Position numbers and translations under genes: made by a program. Below the pieces are notes generated by a model. The model was not told the origin of the DNA. It searched no databases and saw nothing but the letters and a program-made list of their open reading frames with translations. Shown here one piece after another: positions 24,741 through 37,974 of a DNA stretch of 64,000 bases (positions within the stretch are counted from its first letter, which is position 1; every line of letters starts with the position of its first letter). The stretch is from Mobula hypostoma (lineage: Eukaryota), in contig NC_086108.1 in the NCBI RefSeq assembly GCF_963921235.1, forward strand, positions 58,840,001-58,904,000, in the 5' to 3' direction.

Positions 24741-25156
24741 GCCTGTGCCTTGTGAAGGAGCTTTGCTATGAATTTTGGGGTGAGTGGCAAGATTTGCAGC
24801 AGGCTGCAGCATTTACGCAATGTTGCTATCAGGAAGACCCATTCATTGTCACCAGCTACCCAGCATACAGCTTTGAAAGGAGGCAAGGTAGAAGTACAAA
24901 GAATATCAGGGAGGAATTGAAAGAAAAGATCACAATCCTTTTATCAGCATATACTAGCAATGAAGACAGCCCTCATCGCCCATTCAGAGGTATTTTATAC
25001 TTGTCTGCCATCTGCTAATGACAATCAGAGTCTGTCATAGACAGAGACATTCACCCTCTCGTCATAGAGTATTACAGAATAGTAAAAGCCCCTTCAGTCT
25101 AGCATCTCTGTGCCAACAATCTGTAACTCATCCCATTTACTAGCTTTTACAACTTT

Positions 25157-27045
25157 AAACCATGAGACATAGGAGCAGAATTAGGCCATTTGGCCTATCG
25201 AGTCTTCTCTGCCATTCAATCATGGCTGATCCTTTTTTCCCCTCCTCAACCCCACTCCTCGGCCTTCTACACATAGCCTTTGATGCTATGTCCAAACAAG
25301 AACCTATCAAGCTCTGCCTTAAATACACCCAATGACCTGGCCTCCACAGCTGCCTGTGCAAATAAATTCCACAAATGCACGACCCTCTGGCTAAAGAAAT
25401 TTCTCTGCATCTCTGTTTTAAATGGACACCCCTCGATCCTGAAGCCAAGCCCTCTTGTTCTAGACTCCCCCACCATGGGAAACATCCTTTCCACATCTAC
25501 TCTGTCTAGGTCTTTCAACATTCAAAATGATTCAATGCGATCACCCCCCCCCCGCCCCATCCAGTGAGCACAGACCCAGAGTTATCAAACATTCCTCATA
25601 TGATAACCCTTTTATTCCCGGAATCATTTTTGTGAACCTCCTCTGGACCCTCTCCAATGCCAGCACATCTTTTCTTAGATAAGGAGCCCAAAACTGTTCA
25701 CAATATTCAAGGTGAGGCCTCACCAGTGTTATAAAGCCTCAGCATCACACCGCTGCTCTTGTATTCTAGACCTCTTGAAATAAATGCTAAAATTGCATTC
25801 ACCTTCCTCACCACCAACTCTACCTGCAAGTTAACCTTTAGGTTGTTCTGCACAAGGACTCCCAAACCCCGTTGCATCTCAGATTTTTGGATTTCATTCC
25901 AGTCTAGAAAATAGTCTGCAGGTTTATCTCTACTACCAAAGTGCATGACCTTGTATTTCCTTTGCCACTCTCTTGCCCATTATCCTAATCTGTCTAAGTC
26001 CTTCTGCAGCCTACCTGTTTTCTCAGCACTGCCTGCCCCTCCACCAATCTTCATATCATCTGTAAACTTGGCAAAAAAAGCCATCTATCTATCATCTAAA
26101 TCATTAAAAAGAAGCAGTCCGAACAGCAAACCCTGTGGAACATCACTAATCACTGGCAGCCAACCAGAAAAAGATCCTTTTATATCCACTCCTACCAATC
26201 AACCAATGCTTTAACCATGCCAGTAACTTTCCTGTAATACCATGGGCTCTTAACTTGGTAAGCAGCCTCATGTATAGCACCTTGTCAAAGACCTTCTGAA
26301 AGTCCAAATATACAACATTCATTGCATCCCCTTTATCCATCCTACATGTAATCTCCTCAAAGAATGTTAACAGGTTTGTCAGACAAGATTTTCCCTTAAG
26401 GAAACCATGCTGACTTTGTCCTATCTTGTCCTGTGTCACCAAGTGCTCCATAACCTTATCCTTAACAAATGACTCCATCATCTACTAAACCATTGAGGTC
26501 AGGCTAATTGGTCTATAATTTCCTCTCTGCTGTCTTCCTCTTTTCTTAAAGAGTGGGGTGATATGTGCAATTTTTCCGTCCTCCGGCACCATGCCAAAGC
26601 CCAATGATCTAATACCTTCACAATCTCTACCACTACCTCTTTCAGAACCCTGGGGTGCAGGTCATCTTGTCTGGGTGACTTATGTATCCTTAGGTCTTTC
26701 AGCTTTTTGAGCAACTTCTCTCTTGTAATAGTAGCTGCACTTACTTCTCTTCCCTCACACCCTTCAACATCTGGCACACTGCAAGTGTCTTCCAGAGTGA
26801 AAACGGAAGCAAAATGCTCATTTAGTTCATCTGTCATCTCCTTGTCCCCTGTTATTATTTCTCTGGCTTCATTTTCTAGTGGTGTTATATCCACACTCAT
26901 CTGTTTTATTTTTTACATACTTGAAAAAGGTTTTACTGTCCATTTTGCAATTGTTTGCTAGCTTGCTTTCATATTACATCTTTCCCCTCCTAATGCTTCT
27001 TTTAGTTGCTCTCTGTAGGGCTTTAAAAGCTTCCCAATCCTCTGG
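25157..27045 (-). mobile_element. CR1 LINE, 5'-truncated, inserted in an older CR1 3' remnant (~25060-25150 and ~27050-27540)
   Basis: QSQHGFLKGKSCLTNLLTFFEE..VVYLDFQKVFDKV; RPHLEYCEQFWAPYLRKD; RNFFSQRVV.LWN; aaaccat tail. Confidence 0.9.
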
Positions 27046-27984
27046 CTTCAAGTTTTTGGTCTATTATATCTTGATAAGTGTCCAGATTTTGTTTGAGTGT
27101 TCTGATAGTACCTGCCTCCCCTGTTCCCTCAGGCAATGTATCCACATTCTAACCACCATCTGGGTGAAAGAATTCTCTTTCAGTCAACCTTCAGACCTCT
27201 TCCTCCTCATCTTCTATCTATGCCACGGGGAAACAGATTCTCACTAATATGGTGTCTGTGCTCCTTTATATTTTTGTCTTCAACACTTCTATCAGGACTC
27301 CCCCTTGGTATCCACTGCTCCAAGGAAAACAAACCCAGTTTATCTCATCTGCTCAAAATGAAAATGTTATTTCCCAGTCAGATTTCAGGTGAATTTCTTC
27401 TGCCCTCTTTCCCTTTATTTGCCCTTCCTACAGTGTTAGAGACCAGAACCGCATACTACATTCAAGCTGTGGCCTAATCAATATTTTATGAAATTGTACC
27501 AAGTATCCCCGGCGCTAATATTTTATGCCCTGATTAAGTGGTAAGCATTGCCATTTGTGCTTGATAGGGAGCGTTCTGGGAGTTATGCCTATATAGCAGA
27601 TAGACTGTTAAGTACCTCAACAGTAACAGCCATCATCATGCCTCCCAACGTAGAGTGGTTCTTTCTACATTGACTCCTTCTACCTTAGGCCACAAACTTA
27701 TCAATCACCCCTCGTATTTTCACCTTGTCAAATTTTATAGAAGTCCTTTTATCTCTCCTATAGATTTGACAAAGGTTCATTCCTTATGTGCTATGTCTTT
27801 CAAAGGTACAGTGTTGAAAAGCTATTGATGGTCAAAGAATGAGACTGAAGATGACTTTGCAGAGTGATCCTAGGTAGAATCGGTGAGATTCCACTGCACC
27901 AATAAAATGTCTAGAATATATTAATGTGGTTGTTCAGCTGTGCGCATCTTTGGAAGAAAGAATATTGAGGGGAGATTGAATTGA

Positions 27985-30900
27985 GTTCGAAGTTCAAAGC
28001 AATAACAATAATAAATAAACAAACAAACAAACAAACAAACAATAAATTTGAGAACATGAGATGAAGAATCCTTGAAAGTGAGTCCATAGGTTGTGGAAAC
28101 AGTTCAGTGGTGGGGCAAGTTAAGTTGAATGAAGATATCCCAATTTAGTTCAAGGGTCTGATGGTTGAGGGGTAATAACTGTTCCCAAACCTGGTGGTGT
28201 AGATCCTGAGGTTCCTGTACCTTCCTCCTGATGGCAGCAGTGAGAAGAGAGCATGGTCGTCATGGTGAGGTTCCTTGATGGTGGACGTTGCTTTCCTATG
28301 ACAGGGCTCTGTGTAGATGTGCTCAATTGTGGGGAGGGCTTTATCTGTGATGCACTGGGTCGTATCCATTACTTTTTGTAGACTTTTCCATTCAAAGGCA
28401 TTGGTTTTTGCATACCAGGCCGTGATGCAACCAGTCAATATATCCTCCAATACACATCCATAGAAGTTATTTAAAGTTTTAGATGGCACGCTGAAACTTT
28501 GAAAACTTCTGGGAAAGTAAGGGGTGCTGCTGTGCTTTCTTTGTAATGAACCTAGGACAGAATCTGTGAAATGATAACACTGATGAATTTAAAGTTGCTG
28601 ACCTTCTCCATCTGTGATTTCTCTATGAGAGTTGGCTCTGGTTTCCTCCTCCTGAAGTTAATAATCAGTTCCTTGGTCTTGCTGACATTGAACAAGAAGT
28701 CGTTGTTGTGACACCACTCAGCCAGATTTTCATTCTCCTTCCAACTTCACGCAGTATGTGAGCTGTACAACCAGAGGGGAGAGGACTCTGGATCTGATGT
28801 ACGCCAACATTAAGGATGCATACAGCTTCTCTCCCCTCCCCCCCCCCCCCCCCCCCCCCCCGGGAAGGTCAGATCACAACCTGGTGCATCTAAAACCCTG
28901 CTACATGCCTCTGGTGAAGAGTAAACCTGCAACCTCGAGGACAGTGAGAAAATGGTTGGAGGAGGCTTATGAGGTGCTCCAGGGTTGTTTTGAGGTGACA
29001 GACTGGCAGGCACTCTGTGAGCCACATGGAGAGGATATTGATGGGCTCACAGAGTGCATCACTGATTACATCAATTTCTGTGTGGACTGCAATGTTCCGA
29101 CAAGAACTGTCTTTTGTTATTCAAATAACAAGCCATGGGTGACTAAGGACATTAAGGACATCCTGAACGCTAAAAAGAGGGCGTTTAGAGATGGAAATAG
29201 GGAGGAGCTGAGGGCAATACAGAGTGACCTGAAAGCCAGGATCAGGGAGGCTAAAGACAGGTACAGGAGGAAGCTTGAGTGGAAACTCCAGCAGATCAAC
29301 ATGAGAGAGGTCTGGAGGGGGATGAGGACCATCACTGGGTTCAGGCAAACTAGCAATAGAGGAGCTGAAGGCAGTGTGGACAGGGCCAATGAACTTAACC
29401 TGTTCTTTAACAGATTTGACAGTGTGGCCCCTGCCCATCCCACACATGAGCCATCTGTTGTCGGCCCCCAACCAACACATTCCACTCTCCCCTCCTACCC
29501 CTGCTCACAGTCCCCCACCCTGCTCTGATGACTATACCACTTCCCCACACGAAACCACCATGGTGGGCTTCACAGCTCTACAAGTGAGAAGACAACTGAA
29601 ACGTCTTAACCCAAGCAAGGCTGCAGGACCGGATGGTGTCAGTACCAGGGTGCTCAAAGCCTGTGCCCCTCAGCTATGTGGACTACTTCGCCATGTACTC
29701 AACCTGAGCCTGAGGCTCCGGAGGGTTCCTGTATTGCGGAAGACGTCCTGCCTCGTCCCTGTGCCGAAGACGCCGCGCCCCAGCGGCCTCAATGACTACA
29801 GACCGGTGGCATTGACCTCCCACATCATGAAGACCTTGGAGAGACTTGTTCTGGAGCTGCTCCGGCCTATGGTCAGGCCACACTTAGATCCCCTCCATTT
29901 CGCCCACCAGCCCCGACTAGGAGTTGAGGACGCCATCGTCTTCCTGCTGAACCGTGTCTACGCCCACCTGGACAAGCCAGTGAGCACTGTGAGGGTCATG
30001 TTTTTTGACTTCTCCAGTGCGTTCAACACCATCCGCCCTGCTCTGCTGGGGGAGAAGCTGACAGCGATGCAGGTGGATACTTCCCTGGTATCATGGATTC
30101 TTGATTACCTGACTGGCAGACCACAGTACGTGTGCTTGTAACACTGTGTGTCCGACAGAGTGATCAGCAGCACTGGGGCTCCAAAGGGGACCGTCTTTTC
30201 TCCCTTTCTCTTCACCATTTACACCTCAGACTTCAACTACTGCACAGAGTCTTGTCATCTTCAGAAGTTTTTGGATGACTCTGCCATAGTTGGATGCATC
30301 AGCAGGGGAGATGAGACTGAGAACAGGGCTACGGTAGGAAACTTTGTCACATGGTGTGAGCAGAATTATCTGCAGCTTAATGTGAAAAAGACTAAGGAGC
30401 TGGTGATGGACCTGAGGAGAGCTAAGGTACCAGTGACCCCTGTTTCCATCCAGAGGGTCAGTGTGGACATGGTGGAGGATTACAAATACCTGGGGATATG
30501 AATTGACAATAAACTGAACTGGTCAAAGAACACTGAGGCTGTCTACAAGAAGGGCCAGAGCCGTCTCTATCTCCTGAGGAGACTGAGGTCCTTTAACATC
30601 TGTCGGATGATGCTGAGGATGTTCTACGAGTCTGTGGTGGCCAGTGTGATCATGTTTGCTGTTGTGTGCTGGGGCAGCAGGCTGAGGGTGGCAGACACCA
30701 ACAGAATCAACAAACTCATTTGTAAGGCCAGTGATGATGTGGGGATGGAACTGGACTCTCTCACGGTGGTGTCTGAAAAGAGGATGCTGTCTAAGTTGCA
30801 TGCCATCTTGGTCAATGTCTCCCATCCACTACACAATGTACTGGGTGGGCACAGGAGTACATTCAGCCAGAGACTCATTCCACCGAGATGCAGCACTGAG

Positions 30901-31230
30901 CGTCATAGGAAGTCATTCCTGCCTGTGGCCATCAAACTTTACAACTCTTCCCTTGGAGGGTCAGACATCCTGAGCCAATAGGCTGGTCCTGGACTTATTT
31001 CATAATTTACTAGCATAATTTACATATTACTATGTAACTATTTATGGTTCTATTACTATTTGTTATTTATGGAGCAACTGTAACAAAAACCAATTCCCCC
31101 CGGGATTAATAAAGTATGACTATGACTATGACTATATGCTGATTCATCACCAACTTTGGTTCTGCCAACAATAGTGTCACCAGCAAATTTAAATATGGGA
31201 TTGGAGTTGTTTGGAGGTGAGGAGGCTGAG
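27985..31230 (-). mobile_element. Rex1/Babar-type LINE 3' portion, split by the insertion at 28741-31135
   Basis: ORF 28145..28489(-) LTGCITAWY..LQKVMDT..LLPSGGRYRNL; RT part (FKFAGDTIV) resumes at 31136-31230. Confidence 0.8.
28741..31135 (+). mobile_element. Young 5'-truncated Rex1/Babar LINE (end of APE, RT, 3' UTR)
   Basis: TRGERTLDL, GRSDH, KAAGPDG, DYRPVALTSHIMKTLERL, FFDFSSAFNTI, GAPKG, QKFLDD, YKYLG; one frameshift near 29500, stops at 30139 and 30499; (tatgac)n tail. Confidence 0.95.
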
Positions 31231-31282
31231 AGGGAAATGGGAGAGGTTTTGTCCTCCCTGGAGAACTGGCACCTTGGCCTGG

Positions 31283-31990
31283 CAGTGGTTCACCTATGAC
31301 TTTCCATGTATAAATCCTTGCCCAGAAATTCCAAATGTGACCAGCACCACCATGTCAATTATGAAATTGCCTTCCAAGTGAATGATGCACTAACTGTAAC
31401 ACATTACTGATGTCAATTTTGGAAAATTGTACACGAATATCTGGATGGTGTGAATGTGCACCTACTACTGTATAGCATTATGGTAATTCTTGCACTACCA
31501 TCTTATCAGTATGAACTTGGAAATCTTGTAAATCTTGTCATGTTTGACTTGCAAATCTTGTACATCTTATTTTTAAAGTAACTTTTATTTTATTCATTCT
31601 TCCTTCTCTTCTAATATTTGTATATCTGTGCACGTAAGCTACTATGACACTGTAATTTCCTTTGTGATCAATCCATATGGACAGGAAACACTGGAAAAGG
31701 ATTTTGTTGGAGTGTGAAATCCTGGTGGAAAGTCATTTGCAGGGCCCATTCATGCTTGGCGTAAGGTCTTTGAGCAGCACTGATTTCCATTAATCTGTAT
31801 ATTTCCAGCAGTATCCATTTGTAGTTAACCGCTCTGACTAGGGCCGTTGTCTACCTGGGCACACGTGCCCACTGCCAAAACCAACAGCAGTGCATGGTGG
31901 GTGGCTTCAAATTGCCTACTCATTGCTGCTTATGGAGAAGCATGCTTCAAAGTGGGATGACTAGTTGAAGTGGCAGTTTAAGAACCACTG
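31283..31990. mobile_element. Possible old hAT-type non-autonomous element containing a Rex tail fragment
   Basis: 9-bp inverted termini cagtggttc / gaaccactg; no matching 8-bp TSD. Confidence 0.3.
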
Positions 31991-32127
31991 CTTTAAAATG
32001 ACTTGCAGGAGATTGACAGCAAAGTTCATTGTTCACATTTTAACTCATCCTAAGTGGCATTGAGCCTCCTTCTTGAACTGCTTCAGTCTGTTCAAAGGTG
32101 CTCCCACTTAGCTATATATTATATACC

Positions 32128-32445
32128 GGTAGGAAGCCATTCAGCCCATTGGTCCCTGCTGCCTCACAACACAGAAATCCTATCAGTCCTATTCCTCCTC
32201 CTTCCCCTGTAGCCCTGCAATTTATTTTTCTCACATTCCCATTGACTTCCCTTTGATTTTTTTAACCACTTACCTCCACTAAGTGATAACTTAAGTAGCT
32301 AATCAACCTTGCTGCACAGCTTCAGAGTATGGGAGGAAACCAGTGAACCCATCAGAATTTGTATGGTCACAGGGATAATGTACAAACTCCATGGACGACA
32401 GTCAAAGTCTAGATTGAACCCAGGACCCTGAAGCCATGACACATA
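32128..32445 (-). mobile_element. tRNA-derived SINE (V-SINE/HE1-like) with CR1-type tail
   Basis: B-box-like gggttcaat (plus: attgaaccc); V-domain-like ggagtttgtacattatccctgtgacc..ggtttcctccca; gccattcagccc tail. Confidence 0.7.
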
Positions 32446-33429
32446 TGGTAGTGGGTAGAGAATTCTGGGATTTACACCCAGCGACGGTAAGGAATGGCAA
32501 TGTATTTCCAAATCAGGATGATGTATGACCTGATGAGGAATTTGCTACTCGCTACCATATGCCTGAAGACTTTGTCTTTATTAATGGTAGAGGTCAATGG
32601 TTAACAAGTATTTTAAGTGGAGTAGAAACCCAACATCTGGAATTCAAGATTCCACTGCTAAAGCTCTTCTTTTCCCCTTGACCAAGCTGACTGGGCCATC
32701 CCATGAAGTACATTTTTATTGCACATTTACAGACACAAAAGAATTTCTGACTTGTAAGCTAACACTTACAGTATGAAGATATCAAATCTAGGCTAATGAA
32801 TAGGAATTGTAGACTACATAATGATGCAACTTCATTGTCTCTCTTTTCCTGTTCTACTACTGATGCCTGATACCTTTTAGATAATTCAAATGAGAAGACA
32901 CAATGCTAGGCTTGTAATGAAGGGGAAGGAAAGTATAAGGTGCAAGAGTACTTTCTTGTTTATAAATTTAAAGAGTATGTGAGGTAAGGGTGTAGAAGGA
33001 CAACTTTGTATGAGTGTTCCATTATATTCTATGATCTCAGTGTTGCTGCTCACCACAATTTCCATAGAGATGGACTTAATGACTTTGAACATCATCTTCG
33101 CCAGGGAAGTAAAATGAAGCTGCCCTATCTGCCCACACAGATCAGTTATTGGTTCGTTTTGGTACACACAATAAGATCCCACAATCAGCAATGAGATAAT
33201 TGACATGTAAATTTTTTTACATCTGTGTATTGTGCAATATGATTGGTTGGGAGGACTGCAAGTATTGAACCATTAAAAGTGTTTGTAAGCTGCAAGATGT
33301 CGTTAGGTAAGTTGTAACTGGGTAAAGGGTATGTGCAGCTCGGTCGGGAATGTGAATATTATATATGAGTCTGGAAAGATTGTTGGTAGATCTGTAATGA
33401 TGAAATAGTGCACCTAGAAGTGTCTGCAG

Positions 33430-33765
33430 CTATTTTAGAGTCATCAGCAGTTCAGAAAAAGGCCATTCGGTTCATTCATTCCATGTCAAACATACATTTT
33501 CACAAATCCTACATTAATCCTATTCTTTTAATTCTCCCCATCCACATTCCTGTCAACTTTCTCTTAATTCTTCCACTCATCTGTGCACTAGAGACACAGT
33601 GTCCAATTAATCTCTAAATCCAGATGTCTTTGGGATATACTGTAGGAGGGATACCACATAGTCACAGGTAGAACATGAGACACAAGCAGCACTAGAGATC
33701 AGAATTAAACCCAGGTTGTTGAAACACTTAAGCAGTTGTGCTACAATCTACATGACTGTGCACCA
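33430..33765 (-). mobile_element. tRNA-derived SINE, decayed (same class as 32128-32445)
   Basis: aggccattcgg tail; gtcacagg.agaac; aattaaaccc B-box remnant; ctgtgcacc 5' end. Confidence 0.55.
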
Positions 33766-34477
33766 AACATTATTGTTGGGTTATAAAAGTGGGCCTGCTT
33801 TTGAGATGCTGAGTTTTATTTATAGCTGGCTGCACATATTACCTTCATGGTGTTGAACAGATAAGGGTTAATTCTGCATTGGGATCCCACTCTGATTTAA
33901 TGGTGATATTTTAACTTAGTTCTCTTTGTGTTTATTCCTCGGATCTTTCTAGTTATTCGGTTAAGGTGTTGATTGCTACTATAACACAACTGTGTATAGT
34001 AACTGCTTGTATGGTCTCAGATGGCTTTGCTTAGGGACTGCATGGATATTTCCATATTCAATTAAAACTAATAAACAGGCATTGCAATAGGTTCCATCCA
34101 CGCTGTTTATAGGATAAACATGTTTATGCTTCAACAAGCACAAGGGAAGGATTTACAGAATGAGCTTCTGGAATTATAGTTGATCATTTACAATACATTT
34201 TAGAATAGTTACAGTTGTAAAAATCTAGTGATAAATTATGCAGAATACTATGGGGACTTATTCAATTCTTCTATTCAGAAATAACTTTAGAAATTCTTTA
34301 TTGTGTAAATGATCAAGAATTTACATTAAGTAACAAGGTATCTGGAGTTAGCGTCAATCTGCTGGGTTACATAATATTCAGTATCTGTGAATGGTTTTCT
34401 ATTAAATCTATTATGGAAGGCTATTTTAAGTGCGAAAACCAATTCTGATTGAAGTTAGAGGCAAATTGGACGCGTGC

Positions 34478-35252
34478 AAGACGAGGAGGCCTAGAGGACT
34501 GAGATAGGTCAGCTGCTTGAGTGGTTTTGAAACAGCAGCCTTGCACTCAATATCACGAGGAAGGAATTGATTGTGGATTTCAGTCCTCATCAAGGAATCA
34601 GCAGTGGAGAGGGTGAGCAGTTTCAAGATCTTGGTTGTCAACATTTCTGAAGACCTGTTCTGGTCCCAGTGTATTGATGTAATTGATGGGGTTTAAGGAG
34701 ACTTTGGATGTCACTAAAATGCCACCCTCACAAATTTCTACAGATGTGTACCACGGAGAGCATTTTATCTGGCTGCATCGCTGTCTGGTATGGAGGGGCC
34801 ACTGCACAAGATCGGAAAAAAGGTGCAGAAAGTTGCAAGCTTAGCCAGCTCCATCATAGTCACTAGCCTCCCCAGCAGCGAGAAAATCTTCCAAAGCTGA
34901 TGTCTCAAAAAGGTGGCATCCATCTTTAAGAACACCCATCACCCAGGACATGCCCTCTTCTCATTGCTACCATCAAGGTGGAGGTACAGGAGCCTGAAGA
35001 CACACACTCAATATTTTAGGAACAGTTTCTTCCCCACTGTCATTAGATTGCTGAATGGACAATGAACCAATGCATTCTACCTCACTATTTTTTGGTTCAC
35101 ATTTGCTCGACTTATTTAATTTAAATTTCATATATATTTCTTATCGTAATTTACATATAATTTTATTATGTATTGCAATGTACTCCTGCCGCAAAACAAC
35201 ATATTTCGCGACATATGCCGGTGACATTAAACCTGATTCTGATTCTGATTCT
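34478..35252 (+). mobile_element. Rex1/Babar-type LINE 3' fragment
   Basis: KESAVERVSSFKIL; HHPGHALFSLLPS..RYRSLKTHTQ; (gattct)n tail. Confidence 0.85.
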
Positions 35253-37974
35253 AAGTGTTGTAAAGGCAAATATACTTTCCACAAAAAAAAGTGTGCCAGA
35301 TTTATTCCGGGCTTAGTAATGCAAAATCAAATTTTTGAGCTTGGCTGTTCGCAAAACTCAATTTGTTAGCATATCTTCATCTTGGTTCAGTGGTGCTATT
35401 GTTTTTGTTTAAGTAGGCAAAATAGCAACTGACTTGTATCTGATGAATTTCTACAAAGAAGAGATAAATGATAATTGTTTTTTTTCAGACAATTCAGCAT
35501 GGCAGTTCATAGCTTTCTTTTGGCAGCACAAATATGAGCTTTACCCATTGCAAGAAGGGCAAAAATAATAATGTCATTAAAGCAGCATCATTAGTATCTT
35601 GTCATTTTCATTTGATATGAAAGTTGTGTGGAACTTGTACACATTTCTCAGTGAATCCCAGGTCTTCCTGCACTTGATGCAGACCCTAAAACTGGAAATC
35701 TACAAATGAAGTCTATCTAGCAGGTAGAATTGAATATATGCTGAGCTAACTTACATGGGCAATGCAAATCATGTGGTGGCTCCATTGAAGGATGGGAGAA
35801 GATGGTTATATTTATTGTTAGAAAGTATTATTCCCCACATGTATATCAAAATTACACATGCAGTATGAAAATATCTCAGGATTGACTGATGCATTCTATA
35901 TGCTTGATTAATAAATACCTCAATATTTGGAGCTCAAGTCACTGTTGGCAGTAGTCTGATCATTTATCATTGAAGCTACAAATGAAGTTAAGGGCTTTAT
36001 AAAGTTTCCTTGTAGTCACTGGTAGACAATTTTCAATTGATAGCTCCTGCATTATTCATTGACCACAGTTCTCATTAGTAGCCCAATGCTGTGAATGTTT
36101 AGCGCCATGTACAACATGCCTCTGCATTGAGGACTGAAACTACAAACTCTACAATAACCTACAAGTAGTTTTCTAACGAGAAACAAGGGGTACGCTACTT
36201 TCATTTACTAGAACATAAAGAATGATCCATGAAAGAGATTTCTTGCTGGGAGTTCAGATACAAGGAATGTGGAGCTAAAATCTCCCTGCCTTCACATTAT
36301 AAGAAGGTAAATGGTTTGTCACTGACTTTGTTCTTACCTCTCCACATTCATAGTTGGAATCCAAGGAAACCACACCTGCTCTTTTACCTGAGTTCAGGAA
36401 TGAGATTGTACGTTCACCTATGTCTCTTCACCCTATCAAGGTTCGTGCTATATCTCACTCTCCGTAGGTACCTTAAATTTCTTCTTCCCTGATTTTTACA
36501 TCAGTTTAATCTCAGATTTAACTTTTATTAATAATATTTCATTTTGAGAAGATTTCATCCACTGTCTTCTTATGTATTTGCTCGTCACGTGAATTTAATT
36601 ATTACCACCAGCAAAAAGGGAAATGAATGAAACCTTAACAATAAACTTTATATCCACATTTACATTTATATAGTATCCTTTATAGCTAGTTTAAAAATAG
36701 AGAAATTCTCTAGGTGGCACTCCTGTTCTAACATCTGTCAGGAGTTAGATAGATATTAAAGGCTCTGCATATCTAGTTCTGCAGGGGAAAACAATGAAAT
36801 GCTGAAGAAAACTACAGTTAATTTCCCACAGCTTTAATTTATTTGCATGCTGTGATACTCTCAATTCACAACCTTTTTGTGATTTTGCATTTACAGAAGT
36901 TCAGATATATATTTTGAGATTTTTTTGATCTGTGTGGACAATTCTAATTCTATTCTTGTGGCCTAATCTATAATATTTCCTTTTCCTCACATTTCTCGTT
37001 AATGGTCACAATGCTCAAGCAACATGGTAGGTAATGTTAACTGATGGAGACATTTTGTTACAACCAATTTAATCTTCTGTCATGATTGTTTTGCTTTTTT
37101 ATATCTGATCCCAGTACGGTTCTGTTCAGGATTATCCATTTATATTATAATCTTCTGATTAATTCGAGGGGTTTAAACTGTGATTTGTTAACAACTCTTC
37201 ATTCTTTGTAGGAGGTCAACACTTGAGTTGTGATATGGTGCATTGTACAGTCTACAGTAATAATATGCATGTTACTGCTAAATGTCAGATTCAGCTTTTT
37301 AAAAACAGCTTTCCAGTTTAATACTTAGTTGCTATGGAGATATTTTAACAGGTCTGTTTACAGCACAATATTTCTGATCTGGTATTCATGTAGAACGTCA
37401 CAGAGTTCATATTAAGATGTTGCATTAGGTATAAAACAAAGAATAAAATATTTCCAGCATATAAAACGTAAGATGAATTATCCTACAAACAGAAGCAAGT
37501 AAGTGCTCGTGTGTGTATATACACACACACACCTTACAATGGGAGATTATTATATTCTTACATTCTGCATTGCCAATTAAAAGCAAGAGACTTTTAAGAT
37601 ACCAAGATAACATGCAGTTTGAAAGTTAATAATAAAATCAAGTACTTCATGACACAAAATAAATGATATTTTCCCCTCAAATTCCAACCACCCTTCCTTA
37701 ATGTTTGCTGATTTATATTTCAACTCCTCTGGTAACTTACTCAAGTTACTTCATTTTCAGCACACACTGATTGCTCTTGCTCAGTAGTTTCAGGATCTGA
37801 ACTTTGATTAGCTTTGCTGCCCATGTAATCATTCATGGAAATTTCCATCCAACATGGCAGATGTACTTTGGTGAAGCACTTAAATGAAGACAGCTACCGG
37901 CCTCAGATGTCCAAATTTTTGCTCCTTGTCAGATGATTGAGATGGACCTGGAAACCAGAGTGATCTCTTTAAGC

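Noticed and set aside
28838..28861. Poly-proline domain
   Set aside because: Poly-C expansion (or homopolymer error) within a LINE.
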